Source: Macrostomum lignano
Taxonomy: Eukaryota
NCBI GenBank assembly: GCA_002269645.1
Contig: NIVC01000061.1
Coordinates: 930,001 to 994,000 of the forward strand
Length of the DNA stretch: 64,000 bases
Direction of reading: 5' to 3'
The first letter of the stretch is position 1. Each line of letters begins with the position of its first letter. Made by a program: the position numbers and the translations under genes. The notes under the pieces were generated by a model that was given only the letters and a program-made list of their open reading frames with translations, was not told where the DNA came from and ran no database searches. Of the stretch, positions 24,684-37,573 are shown in pieces.

Positions 24684-25261
24684 ATTGGCTGATCGCGATG
24701 AACTTAATGCATTGACTTGGTGTTATCCATGAGTTCATACATGCGCAACAGTAACACCCATCCAAAGTAACTTGACAAAATTCCCACGTAAAATAGACGT
24801 AGTACTAATTAGATGACGAGGAATTTAGCCTTTATAATACAGTCATAGTTACTCCTGTCGTTTACCCAAAAGGGTAATTTTTCTTAGGTTTCTTTCATTG
24901 GTCGCACACTCGCACGACCAATGCAAATCAGGGGGTTGCGCATGTATGTATGGGTTAACTAATACTGTGTGAAAAATATTGTGAATTTTTGCGTTCAAAT
25001 ACTACTAATATTACTATAAATAGCTGTTTTTTACCTGTAAATATAGCTGCGCTGATAACCAAGTGTTTATACACGTTCTTGCGCGTATTGTGATTTATTC
25101 TATTAAATAAATAAAAGCTTGCGACGTTGCGACGGCATCACCAATAAATCTTGGCATCTTGTTCTGTGCTTTAACTGAATCTCTCCTGTTTATCAACTGA
25201 TATATGCTTGTATAATCCTTCACTTCTCTAACGCACTAAATGGCTGGCTCAGATTGAAACT

Positions 25262-26596
25262 GGTTGACTGAGATTCAGGTAAATGAATAAATTTCAGGTA
25301 GATGGACTGAGATTCAGAGAGATGGACTGAGATTCAGAGATTGAATGAGTTTAAGTGAGGTGACTGAGATTCAGATAGATGGACTGAGATTCAGAGAGAT
25401 GGACTGAGATTCAGTTGGATGAGCTGAGATTCAGAGAGATGGACTGAGATTCAGAGAGATGGACTGAGATTCAGAGAGATGGACTGAGATTCAGTTGGAT
25501 GAGCTGGGATTCAGAGAGATGGACTGAGTTTCAGTTGGATGAGCTGGGATTCAGAGAGATGGACTGAGATTCAGTTGGATGAGCTGGGATTCAGAGAGAT
25601 GGACTGAGTTTCAGTTGGATGAGCTGAGATTCAGAGAGATGGACTGAGATTCAGTTGGATGAGCTGGGATTCAGAGAGATGGACTGAGTTTCAGTTGGAT
25701 GAGCTGAGATTCAGAGAGATGGACTGAGATTCAGTTGGATGAGCTGGGATTCAGAGAGATGGACTGAGATTCAGAGATATGGACTGAGATTCAGAGAGAT
25801 GGACTGAGATTCAGAGATATGGACTGAGATTCAGTTGGATGAGCTGAGATTCAGAGAGATGGACTGAGATTCAGAGAGATGGACTGAGATTCAGAGAGAT
25901 GGACTGAGATTCAGTTGGATGAACTGGGATTCAGAGAGATGGACTGAGATTCAGAGATATGGACTGAGATTCAGAGAGATGGACTGAGATTCAGAGATAT
26001 GGACTGAGATTCAGTTGGATGAGCTGAGATTCAGAGAGATGGACTGAGATTCAGAGATATGGACTGAGATTCAGCTGGATGAGCTGGGATTCAGAGAGAT
26101 GGACTGAGATTCTGAGATATGGACTGAGATTCGGAGAGATTAACTGAGATTCGGAGAGATTAACTGAGATTCGGAGAGATTAACTGAGATTCGGAGATAT
26201 GGACTGAGATTCGGAGAGATTAACTGAGATTCGGAGAGATTAACTGATATTCGGAGAGATTAACTGAGATTCGGAGAGATTAACTGAGATTCGGAGAGAT
26301 TAACTGAGATTCGGAGATATGGACTGAGATTCAGAGATATGGACTGAGATTCGGAGAGATTAACTGAGATTCGGAGATATGGACTGAGATTCAGAGAGGT
26401 TAACTGAGATTCGGAGATATGGACTGAGATTCGGAGAGATTAACTGATATTCGGAGAGATTAACTGAGATTCGGAGAGATTAACTGAGTTTCAGAGAGAT
26501 TAACTGAGATTCGGAGATATGGACTGAGATTCAGAGAGATTAACTGAGATTCAGAGATATGGACTGAGATTCAGAGAGATTAACTGAGATTCAGAT
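25262..26596. repeat. 20-bp satellite (GACTGAGATTCAGAGAGATG), about 65 copies with variant classes
   Basis: Visible period; variants CAGTTGGATGAGCTGG on the left and TAACTGAGATTCGG on the right. Confidence 0.97.
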
Positions 26597-27284
26597 TGAT
26601 TAGAATTTCAGATGGATGGTTTGCAATTCGAATGAATGGACTGGGATTTCTGGGAGCTGAAAAATTCCTTCATCAAATGCATGCATTATTGATATTGCTA
26701 AAAAAATTGCATCTAGACTGTTTACACATTATTGTACTCGTAATGCAGGATCGACCATGGCTACATGTAGCTTATAAAGTAGATTGTTAGTAAATTATAT
26801 CCGATTTCATTTCTCCCAATATCTGCGTAATGCTACTAACAGTATACGTTAGCCAGAAAAATACTTTTGCCTCACTGGCAATGCTGTTACACACTGTACT
26901 GTAGTTTTAATTGGCTTGGTCACCAGCTACTTGCATGTATATAAATGAAGAGAGCCCGGCGGTCGCCATGTGCATTTGTGCAATTTCCGCTGCTGAAGTG
27001 TTTTTGCGTTCCGACAAAGAAGCTGTTAGCGTGATTGAGGTCACGGCGATCTTATAGTCATGTCTATACTCTACTTAGCATTGCATGATGCATGCATAAT
27101 TATATACTTGTAGCTGTTTGCTGTGGCTCTGCAATACTTTCTGTCTATTTTCTGCCTCTGTAGCCCTGCCAACACCTGTATCTGCGCGCCTTAAGCCTTA
27201 CTGATTCTTGTCGATCCCCAATTCTAGATTAATTATACGTGAATGTGCCATGCATCTTAACATATGTCCCTTTTCATGTCTTTC

Positions 27285-27570
27285 TTCCCCTAAGACTCTC
27301 TCCCCTACGACTCCCTCTCTCTATGACTCTCCCTTCCCTTATCACTCACTGATCCCCTGACTCTTCTCTATTAACTCTCTCCCCTATATGACTACTCCTC
27401 TATGATCGACCCTCTCCTTATGACTCTCTCCCTTATGACTCTCTCCTCAATGACTCTCTACCTAATATGACTCTCTCCCCTTATGACTCTCTCCTCAATG
27501 ACTCTCTACCTATATGACTATCTTCCCTATGACTCTTCCCCATATGACTCTCCCACAATGGCTCTCTCCC
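27285..27570. repeat. Degenerate pyrimidine-rich repeat (ATGACTCTCTCC core)
   Basis: Repeated ATGACTCTCT motif with irregular spacing. Confidence 0.85.
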
Positions 27571-28669
27571 GACCCAACGCATTTTGCAAGTGTACATGTA
27601 CAGACCGCGTATATGCTGTATGACCCGCGCTTATCAAACAGCTATAGCTCGTACACTGTAGCGTTAGCAGTTCGCACAACGCAAGAAGCTTGTGCTTAAT
27701 TGTAGGCTATAACACTATATCTAGCCACTAACAGAAGCCTTTGGAATTGTATATACAATATATCTCCTGTAGCTGGTATCTAGCTACCCACATGACATTG
27801 GTTGTGTACAGTTTATATGAGCGTTTTCTGCCTTATCTATTGCTAAAAGGAGCCGCACACTGCCCTGGCGCGGGCGGGGGGGGGCATGCATGAATTTGCA
27901 CAGGGACTCCTGGGCCCACTACTGGGCCCACTTCGCTTAGCGGGCCCAGCTGGAGGCCCTGATTTGCAACACGTAAGAAGAAACCTGGCCAAGTCCAGCT
28001 ATAAAAACTCCATAGCTAAAGCTAGTCCGCAACAAAAGCAGTCAGTTCGAATTGCACACCGGCCCTCACACGGTCACGGCTGACTTATCAGAGTGGCACA
28101 GAACTATTTAAGCTAACGGTCGAGAAAACACACAAGCTTGACATTGAGAGAGATTTTTTATTTCACTGAGCCGTTAATACGTCAAGAGCAGGACTCTTCG
28201 CTTTAATCAAGGTAAATTTCTGAATGAACTAATGTAGATTTGTGTAGCCTTGTAAAACTAGCTATAGTGAGGAGGGAGGCTCATGTAACTAACTCTGCAT
28301 GTAACCATTCTGGCATGGAAGATCTGATCTTTACACAAATTTAGCAAAGCATAAGTGTAGCTAAACTCCATGCATATTAGCATATAGAGTGGCCATCTTC
28401 GAAACCCTGTTCCACACTCTGAGCTAGCTCGATCCTCATTAGCTGCACATTCTCGACGCGTGTGAACTGCTGCATTCCTTCCCCTCTCCTTGGGTCCGGA
28501 GCTTTCTAGAGTCTTGCTACTGGCATATATATTTGCATCTAGCATCTAGTAAGATCTCTTGCACGCTTGCTTGCACAGTTATCAAACTATTGCTACATGC
28601 AATCAATCGTCAATGTCATCTCCAGTGCAATCATACACTGATTCGACTGCAACAGTCACTTCTGCAACA

Positions 28670-29331
28670 ATGTCTGCTCCTGCCGCTGCTCCCGGAGGCA
28701 ACCGGAAGATTCTAATTCCGCTGGACGGGTCCAGCCACGCCGAGGAGGCCTACAGGTTCTACATGGAGAACATCCGTCACGACGGTGACCACATCGTCAT
28801 CGCGCACATCGTCGAGCCGCCGTCGTTGCCGTCATTTTCATTGCGCAGCGGCTTCAATGTGCCGACTGAGGAATGGCGGAACATCATCGTGGAGAGCAGC
28901 AAGAAGGCCTCGGCGATGGAGGCCGACATCACTTATAGGGCTGCTCAGACTAAGATGAAGGTAACTTTGCGTGACTTTGTGTTACATTTCTATCTACGAG
29001 TACTAATCTGTATATTGAGTCCACTCGAAATTGCAAAATCTTCCATAAGAATACGAGCCCCCACACCTCGCCAACCCCCAAGATGGATTTCATTGCCGAG
29101 CCCAGCAAGAAGCCCGGCGAAGCTCTGGTGGACATCGCCTGGCGCACCAACTGCCACATGATCGTGATGGGCAGCCGCGGTCAAGGCGACGTCCGACGCA
29201 CTTTTCTAGGCTCCGTGTCCGATTACGTCATGCACAACAGCCGGCTGGCTGTGACTGTTGTGCCAGCTAAGCGACGTTTCAGCACTAGCGGCCCGGCTTC
29301 CGGTAGGGCCAGCTTCAGCGAGGCTTCTTAG
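28670..29331 (+). CDS. Universal stress protein (UspA domain) paralogue 1; exons 28670-28960, 29083-29331; 179 aa
   Basis: RKILIPLDGS at the N-terminus; IVMGSRGQGDVRRTFLGSVSDYV contains G-x2-G-x9-GS. Phase-0 intron AAG|gtaact...ccccaag|ATG. An alternative in-frame ATG lies at 28613. Confidence 0.92.
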
Positions 29332-30520
29332 AAAATTCAACGTGAAATCAAGCCAGAGAAGTATTGCTGATTAGCTGGATAGTGAAGTTAATGACAACAC
29401 CTTTCAACATCGAAAATAACGGTATAGAAATGTACTTTTAAAAGTCTAGGCCTTAGTCACTTATGCTTGAACGTAGTAGCACTACTAAAATACAATAATT
29501 AATTAAGGGATACATGAGCGATGAAATTCTTATTTATCCTCTTCGACTTGTACTTTAACAGTAAGATACTATCAGCTGTGTGTACAACGGTGGGGTTTTA
29601 GTGAGCGTACATTCCCCAGCCAGCCCTCTCTAGAAGAGGACGCCAACCCCACGCCGCGAGCCCACCACCCCAATCATTTATAATTGCATGGTTTGCGGTC
29701 CGTCACAATTGAATGGAACTTAAAGAATGTACGCTCTCCCCTCTACCCCAGCGGACGCCCACCTCACGCCGCCGCTGCCTCCGCCGCGCTACCACCGCAT
29801 TTTTGCGTCTTAGTAATTTAATTCAACATTAAAAACTGTACACTCCCCCGCTCTCTCTACCCAGCGTACGCCCACCCCACGCCGCCGGGCACCCAGTACA
29901 TTATTTGCTCACACATAAGTAGTAAGTTCGAGAAGTGTTTTTATTATTAATCTAAGCTCATCAGGTAATTGTCGTTTTCTATTCATCTAAGTACATTAGT
30001 TTTCTCAGCTAACAACACTGCTTTCGTTGCACTTGTACTGTTTAATACTAAGAATAACTATTTCGGTGATATATTGAAGTTACCACAAGAGTCACTCCAT
30101 AATTCAAAGCGTACGAGTTGTTATATATCCGCAGCATTAGTCAACTTCTAATTCGCACGTCGTGTTTCAAATAAAAAGTACTTACATATAAATATCCGGG
30201 TTACATCCTTGATTTCCTCACTATTGAACAACGAACTGTTGCGCGTAGTTGAAATAACTTAAAAGTTAAATATTTGAGTTCAGTGCATAGCAAAAATATT
30301 TGTTGGAACGCGTGAATACGAGCTCAGAAAAACAACTTTAAAGTACTCCTAAAAATAAAAAGACATGATTTGGTTCATAGACAGGAACTTGCACTCTAAA
30401 GTTTATGTACGATCTCAAATACATTGGATGCTGTTTAGTAAAATAAACTTGCAGAATAAAACCTTTCACTCTTGAAGTGACCAGCATTTTATTGTCAATA
30501 ATTGGCAGAAGCGATCCCAT

Positions 30521-33500
30521 ATGGCCTGCAGCAACGAGAATAACAAGTAAGTCGGATCATGCATTTACTTATTATCCAGACTGCTTATAGCCAAACCTTC
30601 TGAAATGCGAGTTCTGTCCTGAGTAGAAAATTTTCTGCAAAACAGTTCAATTACAATTTTCGCACATCCCGGTTGGGCCAATTTTAAAAGGCTACAAGAC
30701 AATGATAATCGATCGAGGGCCAAAAGTATTGAATACATTGATATTGATATTAGAAGCCAAAGCAAAAGTACATCCCTATTCGTCATAAGTGCATCCCTGT
30801 GCGCTGCTAAAAGTACATTTCTACTTTGGATGTGCCTGTAATCAATATGTATTGGAGCGCCAAAAATGCAGTATTATAAGATCAAACAGTACCTTCCTTC
30901 TGGGCGTTAAAAGTACATTTCTATGCTAGAAGTACATTCTTATTTTGCGTAGTACAATTATATCGGGCGCTAAAAGTACATCATATTGGTTGCCGAATCC
31001 TGACGAGTTCATTGATTCTGCAGAGCGTCACCGTCGGACTCCTCGGCAACAGGCCATCGCCGAGTTCTGATCGCCCTGGACGGTTCGCCGCTGTCCGAGC
31101 ACGCATTCCAGTGGTACCTGGCCAACGTGCGTCGAGAAGGCGACTTAGTCATTGCTGCACACATCCTCGAGCCGCCGTCGCTCCCGTCGTTCTCGCTCAA
31201 GAAAGGCTTCAGCGTGCCCGCCGACGACTGGCGCGAAATCATTCTGGCGAATGGACGGGCGGCCAAACAGATGGAGGAGGACCTCCTGCTGCGGGCTGCC
31301 AACCTCAAATTGAAGGTGCGATCCTGCCTGCGGCCTAACTTTTCGAGAATTGGGGACTCATCCAGCCCACACGCAGCAGTTGTCTGTCTCGATCCCTTTC
31401 TGCCCTCCATCTCCTCTGGTAAGAAGAGAGGAGAGGGGAGGAGGGGAAAGAGGAGAGGAGAGAAGGGGAGAGAAGAGAGGAGAGGAGAAGAGAGGAAAGG
31501 AGAAGAGGAGAGGGGAGAGGAGAAGAGGGGAGAGGAGAAGAGGGGAGAGGAGAAGAGGGGAGAGGAGAAGAGGGGAGAGGAGAAGAGGGGAGGAGAGGAG
31601 GGGAGGAGAAGAGGGGAGGAGAAGAGGGGAGGAGAAGAGGGGAGAGGAAAAGAGGGGAGAGATCCTATACTGGCAGCTTATCAGACAAGCGCTAAAGTTA
31701 ATCTGCAAGTATATTAACGATTTTAAGTATTTTGCCTAATCATACGGCATGTGGCCTTATAAAACCTAGTTATTCAAGTTCCAGGTTAAGAGCTTCTCCA
31801 GTTCATAGAAATCCATGAAGTGTCAGCTACGCAAATTCTTATCGAACTGTACCCGCTTATCTTATCAATCTGAATACGAGATCTTGGCGCCGCGCAGTCA
31901 GGAACACCCGCTCTCTCTCTGTATTTGCCTGACTCATCTAGCATACTTGTACCGCAGTCACCGAGACTTGGACTAACACTCTTGCATGCAGTTTATCAGC
32001 TAAGCCCTGATCAGATAGACATGGCCAATCTAATTACTGTAAGCCCCGAATCTTATAAGTGTCGTCCCGTGCCTGTAATTTGCACGTACATGCAGTAGTG
32101 TAATTGCCGGGGTCATAAGGCTGTGAATGCACAGCATATTTGCTAGAAGCCTTAATGTTTGAGTACGTACACGCAACCGCCCACGCCACTTAAATTGTTG
32201 AAGGGGTGTCAGGTACATGCAGGTGTCAGGTACATGCAGGTGTCAGGTACATGCAGGTGTCAGGTACATGCAGGTGTCAGGTACATGCAGGTGTCAGGTA
32301 CATGCAGTTGTCAGGTGCATGCAGGTGTCAGGTACATGCAGGTGTCAGGTACATGCAGGTGTCAGGTACATGCAGGTGTCAGGTGCATGCAGGTGTCAGG
32401 TACATGCATTTGTCAGGTACATGCAGGTGTCAGGTACATGCAGGTGTCAGGTGCATGCAGGTGTCAGGTACATGCAGTTGTCAGGTATATGCAGGTGTCC
32501 GGGTTGCCTCGTGCATGCGGGTGTCACTGAGTTCTAGAGGTTACCAATTATACATTAAGTTCCAGGGGTTGCCAAGTACATTCAAGCGTCAGGGAGTTCC
32601 AGGGGTTGCCAAGTACATTCAAGCGTCAGGGAGTTCCAGGGGTTGCCAAGTACATTCAAGCGTCAGGGGGTTCCAGGGGTTGCCAAGTACATTTAAGCGT
32701 CAGGGGGTTCCAGGGGTTGCCAAGTACATTCAAGCGTCAGGGGGTTCCAGGGGTTGCCAAGTACATTTAAGCGTCAGGGGGTTCCAGGGGTTGCCAGGTA
32801 CATTTAAGCGTCAGGGGGTTCCAGGGGTTGCCAGGTACATTCAAGCGGCAGGGGTTCCAGGGGTTGCCAGGTACATTCAAGCGGCAGGGGGTTCCAGGGG
32901 TTGCCAGGTACATTCAAGCGTCAGGGGGTTCCAGGGGTTGCCAGGTACATTCAAGCGTCAGGGGGTTCCAGGGGTTGCCAGGTACATTTAAGCGTCAGGG
33001 GGTTCCAGGGGTTGCCAGGTACATTTAAGCGGCAGGGGGTTCCAGGGGTTGCCAGGTACATTCAAGCGGCAGGGGGTTCCAGGGGTTGCCAGGTACATTC
33101 AAGCGGCAGGGGGTTCCAGGGGTTGCCAGGTACATTCAAGCGTCAGGGGGTTCCAGCTAGGGGTTGCTAGGTACATGTAACCAGCTAGGGTGCCAGGTGT
33201 CAGAGACGCCATAAACCCAGCAAAATTTTAAGAGTTACATGTGCATTGTAAAAGGTGATACACTGAATTAAAATTTGTGATTCAGTGAAGAGTCAGCAAA
33301 CTCCAATTGAATTCCAATCGTCTATCTGTGGTCAGACCAGGTGTCAAAGAATCATTCTAGAACAATTAAGCGCTGGAATGCTTCTCACTGCAGCTGGACT
33401 TCATTGCCGAGAGTCACAAACGACCCGGAGAGGCCCTGGTTGACATCGCCTGGCGCAGCGGCTGCCACCTAGTTATCATGGCAACGCGTGGACTAAGCGA

Positions 33501-33636
33501 CGTCCGTCGCGCATTCTTAGGCTCCGTGTCCGAGCACGTGATGCGGCACAGCAACCTGCCGGTGTGCATCGTGCCCAAGCCGCCGACTGCTGACCCTCAC
33601 GAGGCCGCCGGTTCTGCCGCCGCTAAAGGGCACTGA
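30521..33636 (+). CDS. Universal stress protein paralogue 2; exons 30521-30546, 31024-31315, 33394-33636; 186 aa
   Basis: MACSNENN-K (AA|gtaagt, phase 2, joins ctgcag|A); RVLIALDGSPLSEHAFQWY...KLK|gtgcga; ctgcag|LDFIAE...IMATRGLSDVRRAFLGSVSEHV...GH*. Exons sum to 561 nt; clearly similar to paralogue 1. Confidence 0.9.
31420..31662. repeat. AG-rich repeat (GAGGAGAAGAGGGGA) in USP2 intron 2
   Basis: Direct reading. Confidence 0.92.
32205..32500. repeat. 17-bp minisatellite (TGTCAGGTACATGCAGG) in USP2 intron 2
   Basis: About 17 copies. Confidence 0.96.
32558..33165. repeat. 37-bp minisatellite (CCAGGGGTTGCCAGGTACATTCAAGCGTCAGGGGGTT) in USP2 intron 2
   Basis: About 16 copies. Confidence 0.96.
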
Positions 33637-33814
33637 GTGCTGACTCAGCATATATGTGGAAAGCTTGACTGAAGTCTCCATAGGAAGAATGCACAATTGA
33701 ACATCATAGTAGACCATTAGCATGAATGTTTAAGCCATATTTTGTTTTTCAATAGCTTGTAGAAAATGTTCGAAAAAGCTGCATGCATGGGATTCTCTTT
33801 TTGTCAAATTGCGG

Positions 33815-34395
33815 AGGTGGGATTCCCCATGGAACATTTTTAACACCTGGGGATTCCCCATGGAACATTTTTAACACCTAGGGATTCCCCATGGCATACT
33901 CGTATCATCTCCAACCTGGGATTCCCCATGGCATACTCGTATCTTCTCCAACCTGGGATTTCCTATGGCACATCTTATCCCACCTGTGATTTTCCATGCC
34001 ACATCTTCTCCCCACCTGGGATTCCCCATGGAACATTATCTCCCACTTGGGATTCCCCATAGCACACATCTTCTCCCCACCTGGGATTCCCCATGGAACA
34101 TTATCACCCACCTGGGATTCTCCATGGAACATTATCTCCCACCTGGGATTCTCCATGGAACATTATCTCCCACTTGGGATTCCCCATAGCACACATCTTC
34201 TCCCCACCTGGGATTCCCCATGGAACATTATCTCCCACCTGGGATTCTCCATGGAACATTATCTCCCACTTGGGATTCTCCATGGAACATTATCTCCCAC
34301 CTGGGAGATATATCTTCTCTCACCTAGGATTCCCATGACAATTTGCTTCTCATTTAAGATTTCCTAAAGGCAAATTCGCTCATCTGGGATTCCCT
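33815..34395. repeat. 31-bp minisatellite (GGATTCCCCATGGAACATTATCTCCCACCTG)
   Basis: About 17 diverged copies downstream of USP2. Confidence 0.93.
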
Positions 34396-34589
34396 ACATC
34401 AAACAAAATTTTTCGCTTTTTGCGTAGCAACCTTCAAATCTGACTTTGACGGAAAATATAGAAATCAAACTTGTATTTGCGCGAATACAAATACAGGTAT
34501 AACATAACCCAACCGAAGGCACATAGCTAGCACATGTAGCACTCGTTCTTCACGAAGAGATGTCTTCAATTCAATTTAACGAACAATCC

Positions 34590-35235
34590 CCGTAGCCACA
34601 CCCGCTTCTACCTACAATACCCTTAGCTACACCCGCTTCTACCCACAATACCCTTAGCTACACCCGCTTTTATCCAGTCCCCTTAGCTACACCCGCTTTT
34701 ATCCAGTCCCCTTAGCTACACCCGCTTTTATCCAGTCCCCTTAGCTACACCCGCTTTTACCCACAATCCCCAAAGCTACACCCGCTTCTACCCACAATCC
34801 CCAAAGCTACACCCGCCCCCGCTTCTACCCGCTACACCCAAAACCCCAGAGCTACACCCGCTTTTACCCACAATCCCCATAGCTACACCCGCTTCTACCC
34901 ACAATCCCCAAAGCTACACCCGCCCCCGCTTCTACCCGCTACACCCAAAACCCCAGAGCTACACCCGCTTTTACCCACAATCCCCATAGCTACACCCGCT
35001 TCTACCCACAATCCCAAAGCTACACCCGCCCCCGCTTCTACCCGCTACACCCAAAACCTCAGAGCTACACCCGCTTTTACCCACAATCCCCATAGCTACA
35101 CCCGCTTCTACCCACAATCCCCAAAGCTACACCCGCCCCCGCTTCTACCCGCTACACCCAAAAACCCCAGAGCTACACCCGCTTTTACCCACAATCCCCA
35201 GACTCCAGAGCTACACCCGCTTCTACCCACAATTT
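34590..35235. repeat. GCTACACCCGC-based minisatellite (about 30-bp monomers) with a 107-bp higher-order repeat
   Basis: The variant GCTACACCCGCCCCCGC recurs at 34806, 34913, 35019 and 35126. Confidence 0.92.
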
Positions 35236-36101
35236 CATCAAGAAAAGCTTTATTAAAGAAGTGAAGCAAAAAGCGAGCCTTGGATCAAATTTAAATAGGG
35301 AAAAGCCAGCCTCTCGGAGAGATGGGTAGCGAACAGTTCGACAGTCTCAAGCACAGCGAAGCGGTTTGCTATTATATAGAAAAACTTTCAATAAACTGGT
35401 GGTGCCTTACTCGCTTCGCGTAGATCCCGCATGACAATTTTATTAATAAATCATTTATTTTCAATCCAAAAAGCAATGAAAAGAGAATAGTTATTTTCTA
35501 CTTAAATCAACCTGGTAGCAAGTTATGACCATACTACTTAGAGCAAGTGAGTAGTAGTCTAACGCGTTTTTTTGTTGAAAAATGTAAGCAGCTTTTTAGT
35601 AAAAATTATTATTATAAATACTCGTAAATTTAAGATTAATAACAGTTTCATTAAGCTTTGTTTTAAATAGATAAAGCTGGTCTTATGACTGCAGAAGTAT
35701 TAAAAAGATTACATTAGATCCAGTTCTTTCTTGTGAGGATCGCGAATAACGAAAAAAGCGACAACAGAACGGTGCCTCTCTGAGTAGTATAAATATTTGC
35801 AGGGGCGGATGGAGGGTGGGTTCAAATTCTACAGAAACTATCAACTATCGACACACAGTACTAAATATAAGTAGTAGCATTCAAAAATCACGGAGAGGAC
35901 AAGCGGGAGCGGCTAAAAAACACAAAGCAAAAAAGCAAGTATATAATGATTACAAGATTACAATTTTATTTTGCAGATGTCACACCAAAGTCAATAAGTG
36001 GGGGTGAGAAAGAGAAATTTCAAAAAGGACCCCAGCTCGAATCTGCGTCCAGCCCAGCGGCTCTGAGTAGTCTGACTCTGTGCTCACTTTAATGTGTCTG
36101 C

Positions 36102-37281
36102 TCACTTCTCCTCGCACCACTCGTTCTCCCTGCGAACCCGCTCCAGCTCCTCTGCCGAGAAGTCGCACTTGATGTTGAAGGTCTTGCGGATCTCCTCGGG
36201 GCTCTTGCCTTTGATCATGTTGGCCACGGTCTTGCAGGACACGTCTAGCAGGCCCTTGATGTCCAGGTAGTTAGCAGCCAGAATGATCTCAAACAGGGTG
36301 CCCTGGTCCACCTGGGATTGGCGGCGCCAAGATGCTGGCTTAGTTAGCAATGTCTCCATTAGCCTTTGCAATGTCCCCATTAGCCTTTGCAATGTCCCCA
36401 TTAGCCTTTGCAATGTCTCCATTAGCCTTTGCAATATCCCTATTAGCCTTTGCAATGTCTCCATTAGCCTTTGCAATATCCCTATTAGCCTTTGCAATGT
36501 CCCCATTAGCCTTTGCAATGTCTCCATTAACCTTTGCAATATCCCTATTAGCCTTTGCAATGTCCCCATTAGCCTTTGCAATGTCCCCATTAGCATTTGC
36601 AATATCCCCATTAGCCTTTGCAATATCCCTATTAGCCTTTGCAATGTCCCCATTAGCATTCGCAATATCCCCATTAGCCTTTGCAATGTCCCCATTAGCC
36701 TTTGCAATATCACCATTAGCCTTTGCAATATCACCATTAGCCTTTGCAATATCACCATTAGCCTTTGCAATATCACCATTAGCCTTTGCAATATCTGCAT
36801 TAGCCACTGCAAAGTTCCCATTAGCCTTAGATATATCTGCATTAGCCACTGCAAAGTTCCCAATAGCCTTTGCAATATCCACATTAGCCTTAAGTTTGCA
36901 ATGTTACAATTAGCCTTTGCAATGCCCCTATTAGCCTTTGCAATGTCCCCATTACCCACTGCACCAGCTACAAACAATGATACGTCAGGCTTAAGCAACA
37001 ACCTTAAGGAACTCCTGATCCCAAGTGGGGATATCGTCGGTACGCCGCTCCTTGTACTCATCCTCCTCCACAGGTGGCGGGTCGTCCTTGTGATAGGTGC
37101 ACCAGGCGATGACCTTCTTGAGGATGGCGGCGTTGACATTGGGCAGGGGAACTTCTTCGTCGCCTTCATCGGAAACGGACAGGTCCTCCAGCATGGTCTT
37201 GATGGTGCCCGACTGCTTGGCAATTTCTATGTCAACCTCGAATATTTCATTGTCGCTCGACTGCAGCTTAATGTTCGGCAT
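36102..37281 (-). CDS. SKP1: S-phase kinase-associated protein 1; exons 37281-37003, 36311-36102; 162 aa
   Basis: [17 protein letters not shown]...WDQEFLK joined to [22 protein letters not shown]...ENEWCEEK; phase-0 intron AAG|gttgtt...atcccag|GTG. Confidence 0.97.
36345..36955. repeat. 21-bp minisatellite (CCATTAGCCTTTGCAATGTCC) filling the SKP1 intron
   Basis: About 28 copies; stop-free in several frames. Confidence 0.96.
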
Positions 37282-37409
37282 TTTTGTGGCGGCCCTCTTA
37301 GTGTCTGAAAGTTTTGAATAAAATCTTCATTTGCAACAAATGTACTTGATGTTGGCAGCGGTGAAAAAAATTAAATGGACTGAGAAAGGCTGCAATTGAT
37401 TCAGTGAAA

Positions 37410-37572
37410 TCCCCCTCAGCATCATTCCCCCTCAGGCCTCAGCATCATCCCCCTCAGCATCATTCCCCTTAGCATCATGCCCTTCAGCATCATCCCCTAG
37501 CATCATTCCCCACAGCATCATCCCCCTCAGGCCTCAGCATCACCCCACCGGCATCATTCCCTTTAGCATCCC
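37410..37572. repeat. Short degenerate repeat (CAGCATCATCCCCT) upstream of SKP1
   Basis: About 9 irregular copies. Confidence 0.85.
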
Positions 37573-37573
37573 C

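Noticed and set aside
24862-24923. Small hairpins in the FAM32A 3' region (TTACCC/GGGTAA; CATTGGTCG/CGACCAATG)
   Set aside because: Stems of 6-9 bp are expected by chance in 64 kb.
28961-29161. Read-through of USP1 as one 200-aa ORF, and of USP2 into the EEKRG repeat
   Set aside because: Intron read-through; the spliced models restore the complete UspA domain.
36102-37223. 373-aa SKP1 fusion ORF and heptad ORF (GDIAKAN)n resembling coiled-coil or antifreeze proteins
   Set aside because: It starts out of frame with SKP1 exon 1 and crosses a stop-free 21-bp array. The 691-nt intron is not a multiple of 3, and retention hits a stop at 36991.
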